Assembly (NCBI GenBank): GCA_015680685.1
Contig: MNCI01001499.1
Coordinates: 59,349 to 123,348 of the forward strand
Reading direction: 5' to 3'
DNA length: 64,000 nt
Source of the DNA: Gnetum montanum
Lineage: Eukaryota > Plantae > Gnetophyta
Shown here: in pieces, positions 49,901 to 63,900 of the stretch
Position numbering within the stretch: the first letter of the stretch is position 1
Layout of the letters: every line of letters begins with the position of its first letter
Program-made: the position numbers and the translations under genes
Notes under the pieces: generated by a model
Seen by the model: the letters and a program-made list of their open reading frames with translations, nothing else
Told to the model about the DNA's origin: nothing
Databases searched by the model: none

Positions 49901-51800
49901 TGTGGGGCATTCCTATTGTGCACGTGATAGTGTTGGAGAGGCTCCACCAATGAACACTGGTAATGCAACAAGAGGGGCATGACTCATTGTTGAGATAATG
50001 AGGTCTTCAAAAATGCAGATCAAGAAGCCTCACCCCATAGAGGATCCCACACATGAAGTGGAGGAGAGGGGCAAGAAGTTGAGATTTAAGCTCCACAATG
50101 TGTGATTGAAACTAGCTAGTAAGTATGCATTATTTAGTGTCATGCTATTTTTGAATTTATTATTGGACATTCTAACTTAAATTTGTGCAACATAGGAAAA
50201 AGGGTCCCTATAGCAGTAGAGGATCCCTTGGAGGATGATGTCCCTCAACTCGAGGAACACATGGTAGATCAAGATGAGCAAGAAGCCACTAAAGTATTAA
50301 GGAAACTTAAAGAAGAGGGGTTGTAGTTTGAGGATGGTGAGTTTGAACATTTTTTTGATGTTGTGCAGATGGATGATCCCCCCCTCTCACCCCTGAGGGC
50401 TTGTTGGGTAGGAGCTTTGCACCATCATCTTTATTGTGTTCTCTTTCTTTTTTTTTTCTTTTTTGGTTTTGGCTTTTGTTTTGAGAGTTTTTTGATGATA
50501 ATAAAGGACCTTATGTTGCAATGGTCAATGCTTTCATTGAACATCTATCATCAACATCCACCTTCCACACATGACCATAGCAAAAACTCCAGATAAGTTT
50601 GCCTTTATGCAAAGTGTGGTGGATGAAATGATGGACTGTGTTAAATAGATAGACCCTAAGATTGGTACGTTTATTTTACTGTCATCATCTCTTTCTATTT
50701 TTTTTGTTTTGTTTGGTTGGTTTTCTTGTTTATCTTATGGCTAATTTTCATCACTTGTTATTGTAATGACCAGCTCATGACATAAATGGGACTCGAATAG
50801 AGCGGTCCAAGTTGACATCGTACCTAAGTTCCTCCTTGAGGTGGAGTAGGTGCCTTATCACGTATATGAAAAAGTAAGTAAGTGTGCACTATACTTTGCA
50901 TGAGCATTGTGTAAGTGCAAGCATGTAAATGTGAAGCTGTGGAAGCAAGTGCAAGAGCTTCAAGAAAAGGGGGTGAACCAAGCGATAAGACTGGAAGATC
51001 TACAGTCACATTATGACTTCCTAGTGGCACGAGATAAATTGAATGGCAATTGGTGCATGGCTAAAATCGATTATGCTAGGTACTAGTTAGCTATTTGGGG
51101 TAAAAATGAGGCCACCTGCAAGGTTGTAGAACAATGATTGTAGATGGACCTCTTGGCTAAGAAGAACCAAGATTGGAAGAACTACAGTGCAAAAGTGTAT
51201 GAATGGGAACAAATGCAAAAGAATCACAAACATCACTACAAGTTAGAGTGTGAAGCCTACCACAAGAAATATAGGGATGAGTTTGTGGAGCATCGATGCC
51301 AAGAGATTTTCCTTGACGCAATTAGTGTAAAATAGGCATAAAAATTATTCATGAGTAGTCTAGTGGTTAGTGAGTTCCCAAAGAGAGAGATCATTGTACC
51401 TTCCAAAGAGGTAACTTCTGCAATGTTTTTGCTAGGGCTACCCACATGGACAGCCATGGAAAAAGGGAAAACCCTCGTGGGTGTTGACCTGGGTGAGGAG
51501 GATTGGACATGTATGTTGGAGGATGAAATCCTCTAACGCCTAGAGGTTGGCCTCAATAGGATGCCCCCAGACATGGATGCGTGCCCTTATTCGGTGAGTT
51601 TAACTTACTTTATTTTTTTTATTTTATTATAATTTTGGATGTTACCTCATTTATTGGCTGATTTATTATTTTATTTTTGTTTGACGTAGGCTCTAGGTAA
51701 GGGTGTGGGACCTAGTGTAGTAGCAGATGAAAATGAAGGGGAAGAGCCCTAGCTCCCCATCACAAAATGCAAATTGAAACGCTTAAGATGGAGCCCTACA
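46916..51800 (+). pseudogene. Copy 2 of the multi-exon antisense cargo gene
   Basis: Exon 1 46916-47034 (AG|GTAAG); exon 2 48201-48646 (ILIVVELVGILCCM..AVWF..EFLEFLLCHFSVIMWSHL..YNKYNTMFL..FQNPP); exon 3 from 48723; exon 4 from 49076 (LVDSF..LFGIPFEG..NWANYLINSL); tail KIDYARY..MLEDEIL; canonical GT/AG sites. Confidence 0.87.
47220..47570 (+). repeat. Degenerate ~30 bp tandem repeat (gggttttt(g)gcatcctgcaccRtggcacagaacaa) in intron 1 of copy 2
   Basis: About 10 periodic units read directly. Confidence 0.75.
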
Positions 51801-51964
51801 ATTGGTAAATTTTGTGTCTCCTTTGATATTTCATGTTGTTGATGTAACTTTGGACTATGTATTTTATTGATGATCTAATGAAAGTATGATAGTTATTTGT
51901 TTCTCATTTTATCATTTTTCATGCAATATTATAATAATTTAACTTATGATTTTGTCAATGCAAT

Positions 51965-52200
51965 TAGGTCCCTTGTGGGCCTCATGCTAGTTTAAGGTCG
52001 TGGTGGTAGGGCCATTGCTAGTTTAAGGCCATTTCGGGCCATTGCTTAAAGGGAGTTGGTTGCTAGTTTAAGGCCTTGGTGGTCCATGCAATAGATGAAG
52101 GCATTTTCAGGCCACATGGTAGTTTAAGGCCTTTTTGAGCCTTGTGGTGGTTTAAGGCCTTCTTGGACCTCGTGATAGTTTAAGGCCTTCCTAGGCCTTG
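51965..52200 (-). repeat. Array of about 7 hairpin-TAAAC units downstream of the protease ORF of E; single unit at 46523-46550 upstream of the RT exon
   Basis: Minus-strand ggcccgaaatggccttaaactagc, ggtccaagaaggccttaaaccac, ggcctaggaaggccttaaactatc. Confidence 0.88.
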
Positions 52201-52333
52201 TTTTGTTTTTTTGGATAAAGAAAGCTAAACAAAATTGTAACTAACACAAGATGCAAACAATAACAAAAATTGTAACTATACAGACAAAGGGACAAAAAAC
52301 AAGTTGGACAAGCAAGTGAATTAGGGACATGTC

Positions 52334-55300
52334 CTAGTTGCGAAAATGCTTCCTAAGCTGATGCAGGTTAAGTGGTGTGTAAGGCCTAGAAGGAATTAGA
52401 TGGTACTCCCCTAGGCAATTTTCTACTATGGAAAAGGATAATTCTACCCATAGAGCTTTCTCATGGAGGTTGCTTGTCTTGCTTGGTTGCTTGACATTAG
52501 CCAAACAACATCGACTTTCATTACAAACGGGTGGTGTGTCTTCAGAGATCTCTAACTTCAACCCTTGTTCAATGTCTATGTTGTTGATGCTCAGAGGGGC
52601 TACGTTGTCAGCAAAGATCACCACCTCCCCACCTTCATAGGGAAAGTGGATCTCTTGGTGGATAGGTGAAGAAACAGCTCGTAGCTAGGTTAACTAGGAC
52701 CTCCCAAGGATTAGGTTGAATCCAAGCATCTTTTCAATCACAATGAACTTAGCGTTAGTGGGGAATTTCTCCCCTATTATGAAATCAATCATGAATGTCC
52801 CCCTAACAACCACACGTGCTCTATTAAAGGACAATAAACATGTCATTGTTGTCATCCTAATTTCATCCACCAGGCCAGGCTTGTCAACAATAGGAAATGG
52901 GATAATATTGGTTACTTCCCCATCATCCACATGCACCCTATGAATTTTGTATGGATCCATGTGAATCATTATGAACATGGGTGCAATGGTTACCTGATCC
53001 TTTTTAGGATTAGCTTTGATTACCTCATTGCAAAAGGTCAAGGGTGTTGACCTTGGCTCTTTGGTTGCAGGTGAGAGCATTATGGTATGGATAGCCTTTT
53101 CATTTGCTGGCATGTCTTCCTTAATAGGAATGGATGCCAGCATGTGAACCAAGGCTTCGAGATGAGTGGGGAAAGTCATAATCAAGTTGTATAGGCTCAA
53201 AGCTGTATTTTTCTATTTTAGAGCCTGTTTGACCTATGCTAGTGAATCTAGAAAATATTTTCCACCATCAGCTTGTTTAGTGGTCTTTACCTCCTTCATA
53301 TGTCCTAGGAGACAGATTTCTCAAGGAGGATATTTTCTCTTTGGTTGTGCCATGGGCCTTTGAGCCTCACTGTTTGCCTATTGAGTGTGTGTGTGTCTAT
53401 GTTGGTGGCCTAAGAAGATGAGGCCATGGGAATGGCTGACAAGGGGGTAGGCTTAGGAGGATCCAACTCCATGTATTCCCTGATCATCTTGTCAACTAGA
53501 CACTCATCATGTCTCCTTAGGTGGCTAGGTCATGATGTATTTCCCATAATTGGACCCCAAGCAGGTAAGGGGTCCACATGCTTTGGCACACTAATGACAA
53601 AAGGTGTTTGGGCTGCCATCGTCGCAATGTGCTGTGGGGTCCTAACCACAAAGGATGTCATGGATGCCCGAGGTGGTGCTTTGATCACAAAGGGGGCCTA
53701 CAATTGAGTTTATATTAAGGCCTTAGTGTCACTAAAGGGCACATGAACCACAAATGGTTCATGCACTAGTTCTGCATCATCATCAATGCTAATAGTGTTG
53801 ATTATGTATCTTTCACCGCTAGCATTTACTGGATCCTTATAGACCCTCATAGACTGGTTCTCTAGTCGAACAAGATTACTCTTATCAAGGACCAGTTTAC
53901 CTTGATTAGTCATACGTTGAATGTCATCTTTCAATGCGAGGCAGTAATCCATGTCGTGGCCATGCAATTAGTGGTAGTTGTAGAACCGATCCAATTTGAA
54001 GTTCTTAGGTATCAGACGTTCATTTGACATGGCTACAGAAGGGTTTTGGAGGACCTCATAGTACCTCTCATGGCATTTGCATGCATCCTTAGACATTTTT
54101 TTATGATAAATGCACCAAGCACTAAGTAGTTGATCTAATAGCTTTGATAGCTTGATTGGCAAGGGGGGTGTACTTTGAGTGATCCTTGCGCTCAAATTTT
54201 GGCCTTGGGGGAGCTTTCTTTGTGACCATCAATGATGTGGGTTGGTTGATTCTCATGTTGCCAAAACCTGATGCTTTATTTTTGTTAGCTGGGGCCTTAG
54301 ACACCTTAGTTGCTGGCTTGTTGTTGTTGGGCTTGGCTTCATTGGCCATAGTTGCAATGGTTGTTGTAGCCTTTCCCTTTTCTTTGTCTTTCTTCACATG
54401 CACATTTTTGTAGGTCACATAGGCTGGGTCCCTACCAGCTTCTGCTGTGTCTTGTATACTTTTTTTTCTAAGAAAAATCTTGGCTAAGAGAATGCGAGGT
54501 TAAATAGTACAACTTCGATTTGATGAAATTGTTTACTGTATTCTTAAAAATGACCAGCCGGTGGGTTTCAACTATTGGTTCATGGATTTTGTTAAGGGAG
54601 GTGCCCCAATGTTGTATGAATTTTTGCAATAGTTCCAGTGTCCCTTGTTTAACATTCATCATCTAGTCTAGCATGGCCTCAAGCTTCAAGTTGTACTTGA
54701 AGTGGGTTAGCAATTGTTTTAGCAACTCCTTTAGAGTTGAAATGGAAGCCCTAGGAAGTGTACGATACTAGTTAAGAGCTTTTCTAGGTAGGGACATGGA
54801 AAAAATGTGGATGATCATGTGTGGCCACTCTTGCAAAAGTAAGCACTTAGAATGGAACATAACCAAATGGGCACTGGGGTCACCCTCACCATTTTATTTT
54901 GTGAATTGGAATAGTTGGACCCCAAGAGGCAATGTTAGCAAAGGGACTACAGGGTTGATGGGATTGTCTTGATAGAAGTCCATTATGTGAACCATTTTTG
55001 AGTTGGCCACTTTAAGCTACTTGACCTCCTTTGTGGGAGTTTGAATGAGTTGGACCACTTGATCTAAACTTAGAGATATTGTAGAGGGTTGCATTGGCTA
55101 TGCCATTGGCGGTGTCGTCGAGGTGACCCACAACCCTATTGTGGGTTGTGCCACCACGTGCGATGCTTGATACATTTGTTGTTTTGTGTATTGTGGCACA
55201 CGTGATAGTTGTATCATGGGTACAAAAGTTGTGGCCCACCATGTAGTTGAGGCTAGGGCTATTGTTGGTGGTGGGACTGAGATGGTTGGGATAACGACAA

Positions 55301-55980
55301 TGTGACTTGCCTATGGCTGGGATATGAGCATGGTATGCACATATGGTAGTATTGGCATCACAGATGCTGGTTGGGAAGGCTGGAAAAACTAAAAAGAAAT
55401 GACAAAGGGAAAGGAAGAAAAAGGTCCTACACTCTATTGCATAGGCAGGACTTGGTGGCTAGCTACCACCAGCGAAGACTTGGGCTGTGGAAGTGTCACG
55501 GTTGCCTCAAAGAAGGTAGAGGACTATGACTGGTCTAGCATGAAAATGGAAGTAGGCTATTGGACCAAGATGTAGAATGGGGTGCCACCATCAAAATGGA
55601 ACTCAAACTCCTCCTATCCATCTTGCAGGGGTTTATCATAGTTTGATGCTACATCCTGCTCTCTTGGCCAGCTCACCTTGATGAGTTGGTTCAAGATCCA
55701 CTTGAAGTTATCAATTAGTGGTATGACCGCATTAGGGGTGGGAAAGAACTTCCTTTCATTTCGATGGATGATCTCAAAACTGTGCTTTGCTTCTATTTCT
55801 TGGTGGTCCAATGACAGGCCCGCCTAAAGCTTCTCGCATAGGAAGTTATATTGTTCATCATCCAGTGCCCTATGTTAGGGTGATTGGTGTCATAGTCTAA
55901 GAGATTGCCATTGTGGTCGCACAAGGCTAGGTGGTTGCTCAATGTCTCCCACATGTTGAATGGGATGAGCCACCTCCATG
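52334..55980 (-). pseudogene. gag: Disrupted gag-protease of E
   Basis: ORF fragments homologous to B and D; IHRVHVDDGEVTNIIP..GFNLILGRS; FYNYH*LHGHDMDYC knuckle. Confidence 0.88.
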
Positions 55981-56465
55981 CTCAAGGTAGCAGCTAAAGT
56001 GTTAATGGGGTTCATTTTGCTGTGTAGGAAAGATGTGAGAAAAGAATATACTTGCAAAAAAATTTAAGTGTAGAAAATTTTAAAATGAAATGGCTAAGTA
56101 TGAAAATTGTAAAAACTAGGCCAAAAATGACTAAGTTTGGGAACACTGAAAAATGGCTATCTTTGATGTTATGCTCATTACACTTTGAGGGACTATTATG
56201 CTCTCAGGGTTGTTATGCTTAACAAAACACTCAAAGCTTGATGTGACAGACACAGTTTGGGCTTTCTGTTATACAAGGTCCTAGGGGAACCATCAACTAG
56301 GACCAATCTACACCAACCAGAACATAGATAACTCTTGTGTTGGCCTATGATCTAGCTACTACTATGGTAGGTCCATAGGGGTGTCATGTCTACACTAGCT
56401 TGTTGCTAGTGACAGGGGTGCAAAAAACACATGGGACTACCCTTTGAACATAGAAGGAATGGGAG

Positions 56466-56483
56466 GCCCTCCTTCTAACACCA
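56466..56483 (-). promoter_or_regulatory. Primer-binding site of E (tRNA-Asn type)
   Basis: Minus-strand TGGTGTTAGAAGGAGGGC, only C>T changes from TGGCGCTAGAAGGAGGGC. Confidence 0.8.
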
Positions 56484-56488
56484 AAAAC

Positions 56489-58377
56489 TATGATGTCCAA
56501 AAATGTTAGTGGCTGGAACATTGAGAGGTTCATAGGAATATAGCCTGACCCCGAATCCTTATGAGGGCCATGCTGAGGAAGTAGAAACAAGGTGCCATGA
56601 ATGGTTTAGTTGATCAGACAGGGACTTATGTGGTGTAAAAATAACCATTTATAAAAGGAGTTTATGGAGCATTATGCATGGAAGCCAGGACAACAAACAA
56701 GAGTGTAGCGTAGAGTCTCGGCCCAAAAATAGTAACGTAAACATGAAAATGTGTATTGATAGTAGAAAAATGCAAGCTTTATACTAAAAATTAGAAACAA
56801 ATGCTGAGAAAATAAAATGGAAATTTTTTTTGAAAGTAGAGAAATGTTCCACCCCAAAACTAGTGAGCGTAACTTTTGCTTAAATAGGAGGTGAAAATGG
56901 CATGTGGTATCAAACAAACATAGTGGTAGTGTAGCGGTGTAGTTACAATCTCTAGGACATCAAGGACATGATGTTTGTAGCTATAAGGAAGGCTGAACCT
57001 GCAAGGTTGGCTGTCATCACACTTTGTGGGTGCAATAGTGGACTATGTCGTGGTACTTGCCAAGGTGTCAACCTCAGATGCTCAAGTGTGGGAGTAACGG
57101 AGATGCTAGGAATGCTCAAATGCTCAATGCTCTTTTGATTTTCCCGCCCCTAAAATGCTAAACATTGGGGTATTTATAGGGCTAGGTTTGGTATGAAATG
57201 CGAATTAGGCACCATGTGTCCTGGATGCCACATGGCATGAGCATAGACAAGGTTATGCTAACATGTTATGCTCTTTAGAGCAAAGTGTTAACTTTGCAGG
57301 ATAGCAATGGGAACCTAGAGACTTTCAAATTGTGACCACACTACTCATATTGCATGTGCCAAAGTTTGAGAGACTGTCATGTACCTATAAACAGTGTTAA
57401 AATAATGCAATTTGGAGACTATGCTCCAGGACTACGTCTTCCCCCTCTTTCGAGTAGGGTTAAGCATAGAGACAATTTTGGGGATCAATGAGGGGGGAGT
57501 GGGTGCAAAGAAATGCAAACTATTGATCTTGGTCACTGGAGGGACGTTGGAGATAAGATAAAGGCCGATGTTGAGTTCTGGAGGCTTTTAAAGGCTTTCA
57601 GAGGCATTTCCCTGGTGTCAAGCTAGCTATGCTGCACATCATATCAAGCACACTTAGTGAAATTTTGCAAATTCGAACTTGCCACACCTGTCACATTGGC
57701 TATGTTGCATAGTATAGCAGAGTGTAGCATGAATACTTTAACAAATTTTGATGAAATTTGCAATGTTACTTCATGGCATGTTAACCATGATCTGGGATGT
57801 AGTAGGATAGGCAGCCTCGGAAGTCAGAAAATTGTCAAATGCATCTTTCATGTCGAGCTAGCTTGACAGACTTGTCCAACACTTAGGCAAAATTGGGCCC
57901 TAACACCTAGGTTAATCTTGCTATGTTATGCAGTGTAGTAGAGTGTAGTAGCCCAAAAAATAGAAAAATTGTCAAACTGTTTCGTCCATCTTGAGAACTT
58001 TTGACAGACTCTAACCTAGTACTTAGGTGAACTGGCAACTAGGAGATGTGTCAAGCTAGGTACGCTGGAGAGCGTAGCAAGCTTGACAACCCAAGGGATA
58101 GAAAATTTTCCAAACTATGTGGTCCATCCCAAGAAACCCTTGATCACTTCTAGCTTGACATTTGTGCAAACTAGCCATGGAAGTGTGTGCTACGCTAGCC
58201 ATGCTGGGGAGAGTAGTAGGCAAACTTAGAAAAATCTTGCAAAAGATCAGACTTGAGGTGTGCTATGCTATGTATGTTGCGGAGTGTAACACTAGACTTA
58301 GAAAAATTTTTCCTAAGTTTTAACACTTAGACAAATTTGCTATTGAATTGCAGAAGCCCAAAATTGATGGTGTTTTA
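56489..58377 (-). repeat. 5' LTR of element E
   Basis: Similar to B LTRs (shared blocks such as ggactacg..cctctttcgagt..gattaagcata); terminus taaaacacc; adjacent PBS. Confidence 0.85.
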
Positions 58378-60624
58378 GATTTGATCCTTGGTTCTCTTGG
58401 AGTCTACCCACTAAGTATGTATCATCTTGTTGGCGATGCACTTCTTGTAGATAAGGTTGAAATCTTTAGTGTATCTATCAAAGTTCCCTCTTAACTATTC
58501 ATACACAATAGTTTTGATCTAGGGGCCCTTGATAAATACATATAAAGTAGCTTAAGCCACTGTTAAGGTTTGATCATTATTGATCAAGCCTTGATCATTG
58601 ACCCTGTACCTGCAAGAAGTTCATAAAATTGACAAGTTAGAAAAGGTAACATAACCAAAAAAAATAAATGATATATGATGCTGAGTGAGTTATATAATAA
58701 CATGTGGTCTTTCTACACCACCATCAAAGTATTATCAACATTATACTGACAGTGCTCTTGCATAATGACATTTACTACTTCTCCTACTACTTGAGGTAGT
58801 GGATCATCAGTGATGAACCTAGCAATCAGACTAGATGCTCAAGGCATCAGTATCTCTACTATGACACCAACCACATCTATAGAAAAGTGTGAGCATAGTA
58901 GCACAGTAAAGTTCTACATGATGTAGGCGAGGAATTCCCTTACCCTTTGTTAAAACCATAAAGAGACCTTTCTAATGTCATATTGGGCAAAGGGATGTAT
59001 GCCTTGCAATTGTCAATGAAATGTAAGACACCCATTAACTCAACCATGATGAGTATGAGTTTCAACAATGCCTTACATGGGAAAAAAAATATCATAACCA
59101 CTTAGGATTCCTTGGCAAGTTTGCAAAACATCATAGTTAGGGGTGAAATTAACCCTTGTAAAAAGCTCTAAGGTGTTCATTAAAATTTGTTCAAGAATTT
59201 GACAACAATGTCATTATATCTTCTGTAGCCATTATGCCTTATAGCCAAAGATAATTCCTTAGTATAAAACCACGTTGACATAAAAATAGCCTTAAAACAT
59301 AGAAAATAGCTAGAGAAAAATATTTTTATTTCTCAAAAAACCAATATTAGAGCATATTTAACATCTTTATACATCCCCATGAGCATGGGCTATTGATAAG
59401 AAAAATTTCTAAGCATGTCCATGCTACCCATCCCTAAGGGGTACATTCTTACAACCAAGAAAAACCTCTACATGCATGATGGCATGGGAAAATTTTTCAA
59501 AAATTAACCATAGCTTTAAATTTGATAATTCCATTGTAGTTGGAATCCTAAAATCTTGAGCTACATAAAGATTACTAGAAACTCTAAAAATTCCTAGTAT
59601 ATTTAACAAAAAATTGAGCAAACAAAGTAGTAACTTGACCATCAAGGAAAAAGCCCTAAATCATGTAACTATAGTAAAAGATTCATAATTTTTTTTAACT
59701 CTAATTTTAGTAATTCCACCATGAAAATAAGTTTGAAATATTGACCATTTCAATGATAATAAACATAACCAAAAAAATACAACCCATGTTGGAAAGCCTA
59801 AGAGAAGACCTACCCAGATGTAACTAAAAAATAGCCATAACCCCTAATGTTTCATTGAAAAAAATTCATAACTTTACATGAAATTATGAAAAATAGCACA
59901 CAAACCCAACTACACAAACTAACTAAAAAGACTATAACTTTTTTATGTCAAATCCAAATCGAATGAGACCATATCCATTGGAAATTTTGAACATAGATAT
60001 ATAAGTCAAAAACCTTATATTGCTACCATACTCATCCATTTTCTTAATAAAAAATTCATACCTTTGCTTACTGTTTGCATCCAAAACATTAAAAAACACA
60101 TTGAATTCATAAAACCTAATTTTATTTCATCAAGAATTAAAAATCAAAACAACCATGTAACCTTAAACCCACATAAAAAACATCAACATAATGGATGGGA
60201 TTTTGTTGGAATTTAATTTTGATAGATATCTAAGCATAGATCTAAAAAATAGCCCCATTCCAAAATTATTGGGAAAAACACATAAAACAACAAACTTAAT
60301 TTTAAAAATTGAATCTACCAAAGCCAAAATAGTAAAATGACCTTAGATCTATGTAGAAATAGCCAAAATATGAGGTGGGATTTTGTCAAAATTCCATTCC
60401 ACCCCCTCCCTTAGCATATATCTGACAAAAATGGCTCACACCCTAGCTAGGAAAAGAAGAAAAACAACTAGAAAACAAGATAAATGGCTAGGAATGGCCT
60501 ACCTTGGAGTGGCCATAGAAGACACTTGGATTAATATTGGCCTAGGAAGATTGGATATGTTTCTAGTAGTTTCATCTGCCTTCTGAATCCTTGGATTCTT
60601 GCTCTTGCCTCCACTCTACTTCAT
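58378..60624 (-). pseudogene. Copy 4 of the spliced FCP1/NIF-like gene (exon 1 60624-60503, main exon about 59072-58656, next exon 58609-58378), interrupted by E
   Basis: MK*SGGKSKNPRIQKADETTRNISNLPR..AG|GT; ALLKLILIMVELMGVLHF..LWF*QRVREFLAYIM*NFTVLLCSHF..QYNVDNTLMV; tgcag|G YRVNDQGLINNDQTL. Confidence 0.8.
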
Positions 60625-60999
60625 CCTTACAACACCAATGCTAAGGAATCTAAAAAATCTAAAGGGTTGGAGTATCTACGCTGGCAAGGGAAGAGATATG
60701 GTTCTTCCAGATTGGGGATGAATGGAACTTGCAACAAAAAATCTTTGCAAAAGCTCTAGGAAGTGCATTGTGATGGAAGATTGATAATTTATGCCTAACA
60801 CTTAGTAATCCAACCATAAAAATCAAATTAAAACCTAAATGAATTTTGTGCATGAGAACTCAAAGTGCATTGAAGTGTAATGGGGGGAGGGGGAATATCT
60901 TTTCCACATTACAAATATTGGAAGAAAAGTGCAATTTTTAAATTCTTGAATTTTGGGTAGTGGACCTCACCATATGTCCTCACTCTTTCTTAGGAAACT

Positions 61000-63900
61000 C
61001 TATAAATGTTGGGGTTTTGATCCCTTGAACATCCAAAACCATGCTTAAGCTTTAACCCCCATGCATCCATGTTGGGTAGCATGGATCCAACATGGGTGCA
61101 TGCTTCCCACATTCAAAAACCTTTAAAACCTAATATCCTTACCATTTTTTGCAATTATTACCTATCTCGTCCAACCTTGGGCTTCGAAAGTGAGTCATAT
61201 CTTATTAAAACTAGATATTTTGGGCTTCCATGTTGGGGCAATACTACCCAATGTGAAGAAAGGGGTGTAACATCCATAATTACCCCACATGTCCCATCTA
61301 GCCCAAATTTGATCCCCAAAGTAGGCCCACATGACCTAGAACCCCTCTAGTCACCTCGAGTAGTCTCGAAACCTTACTGAATTTAGTTGAAAGTGCTTAA
61401 AACCTTAGGATTTGGTAGATTCACATTAGGGGAGGCCTCATCCACATTGGGTAGAATGGATCTAGTGTGGATGAATGGGGGCATAACTAAAACTACCAAA
61501 ATTGATTGCTTAGTAGTCATTTTTCAATCCTAACACTTCTTAACAATCTATGGTGGCTTAATTTGGCCTTAACACAAGTTAGTCTTGTACTCATAGCCTT
61601 CTCCACAATAGTGATCCCTCCTTCACACTACCTAGTGTGGAGCTAATTTTGAAGTCTAGGGATATGCAATGAAACCTAATTTACAACCAAAATCTCCTAA
61701 TAACCTACCCTGGTGACCTTTAGACCATGCTGAAACCCTTTGAAGCCTCCAAGTATCCAAAAATTGATAAAAAAATTGTACAAAACTACCATCTCCCTCT
61801 TATCCACATTGGGGCCATTATGTCAAACATGGAAGAAGGGGGTTTGATCACAAGAGGCACATAGGAGCCTACGAACTAATAGATTTTGGCACCAAATCTT
61901 GATAATCAGCATTGATAACCATGAAGCATGACATGCATGGTTGATTTGCTATTGAGAGAGCCTAGACTTGACACTTTTGGTTCATCCACATTGGGGAAGA
62001 CCTCATTCATGTTGACCAACGTGGATCTAGCATGGATATAGCTAGGAAGATTCACAAGAAGTCCCAAACACATCCAAACAACAAAAAATTGCCTTGTACT
62101 TGCACCAAAACCTTATCAATACTTCTAGAAGTCACAAAAGTTGTAGAAATCAACAAAAATCTCTTAAGGGTCTTCGATGCTAGGGAGAACCTTCTCCACA
62201 CAAAGAACCCTAGCCCCAACATGGATGGAAGGGGTAGATCTCAAACATGTAAAATTTGCATGAAAATTAATTTCTGGTAATAACCCAACCCTCTTTGAAG
62301 CTACCAACCTTTCAAAAGTCAACCAAAATAGTTCAAAATTACCACATTTTGGTTATCCATTCTAGGGAGGATCCTATCCACACTGATCATGGTATCTCTA
62401 GCATGGATGGAGAGGGGTAAGCCTAGAAAATCATCTTACAACCCTCAAAATAATTGGACTTTGACTCCAACTTTCAACCATCGACACTGAAAACCCTGGA
62501 GACACGCATGCATGGCAAAAAGTGATAAAAATGGTAAAAAGTAGGCTCCCTTAGTTTTTCCACACTTTTTAGCATGGATTCGATGTGGATACTAGGGGAT
62601 GACTCATAAATGGCCCATAGAAACATCAAACTAATACCATATAGCCTTACATGCACCTTAGGACATTATTTGCACCTTCCAAAGCTCTCATACACTTCAA
62701 CATTGACCACAAATAACAAAAATCTATTCCCCTTGGATCTTTCTAGTTGGATCCATGTTGAGCATGGTGGCCCCATCATGGAAGAAATGAGATAACATAG
62801 AAAACCACTTAGAAACACTCAAAACTACAAAATTTTGACCTTAAACCCTAGTCATTGATCCCAACAACTCTAGGAGCCATGTTGAGCATGGTGGCCCCAT
62901 CATGGAAGAAATGGGCTAACATAAAAAACCACTTAGAAAGACTCAAAACTATAAAATTTTGACCTTAAACCCTATCCATTAATCCCAACAACTCTAGAAG
63001 CTAACATGCATGGTTGATTATGGTCAAAACTGGCATAGATCTGAGATTTTTGATCTATCCATGTTGGGGAAGGCCTCTTCCACATTGGGTAGCATAGAAC
63101 CAACTTAGAAGAGCTACCTTTACACCTTTTTTAGTAGATTGACACTCCTAGAAACTAAAAAACTACACTAGAGAAGTCTAGAATCTCATAGCCTTGAGTT
63201 TGCACTCATCTAACCTTCTTTTAGCCTTTGAAACTCATTCACTCCCATCTTCCACATTGGAGCAACTTCCCTAACATGGATCAAGGGGGATGTAATCTTA
63301 CATGGCCTTATAAAGCCTCCAAAAATGACCAAAATTAGTCAAAAACATGGGAAATCATAGTCTATAGTTCTAAAAGCCTAGAAACCTTGTCAATGTGCAC
63401 TAAGACCAATCCAAAGCTAAAGAACAAGTGCACCCGCATTCTTTCATGTTGGGGCCACCATGCTTAGCATCAAAAAGGGGGAAGGCTATTCCAACCTACT
63501 TTAACACTTAAAACCCTCTAAAATGGCTTCCAAATGTAGCTAGGAGATGCACAACTACCAGATCTTGGTTACAGATGCTCATGCAACCATTTTTTACCTT
63601 TCTTTTGCACAAATTTAGATTATCCACACTAAGCCCCCTTCCATCCATGCTAGCCAGTGTGGAAATAAAGGGGGTGAAGCTTCAAAGCTTTCCTTTTAGC
63701 CTTTCTCAACCTCCAAAGTGACCAATTTTAATAAATTCAACCTTGCATTGCCTTGGGAAGGCCTTGGATCCATAATTTTGATTATCTTAATGCCATAAAG
63801 CATATTTTCCTTAGTATTCCTACTCGCTCCATGGTAGCGAGCATGGATCTAGCATGAAAGATGTTTTTAGGCTCCGAAGGGGGGTTCCAGGGGTTGAAAC

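Larger units (their letters stand above)
46022..58377 (-). mobile_element. Element E: 5' LTR-PBS-gag-PR-[antisense gene]-start of RT, truncated
   Basis: Same architecture as B; RT N-terminal remnant at 46409-46022 (LEWLDHLVRALDLE..AFTWSYEDMLGSDPH) ends abruptly against gag of C. Confidence 0.88.
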
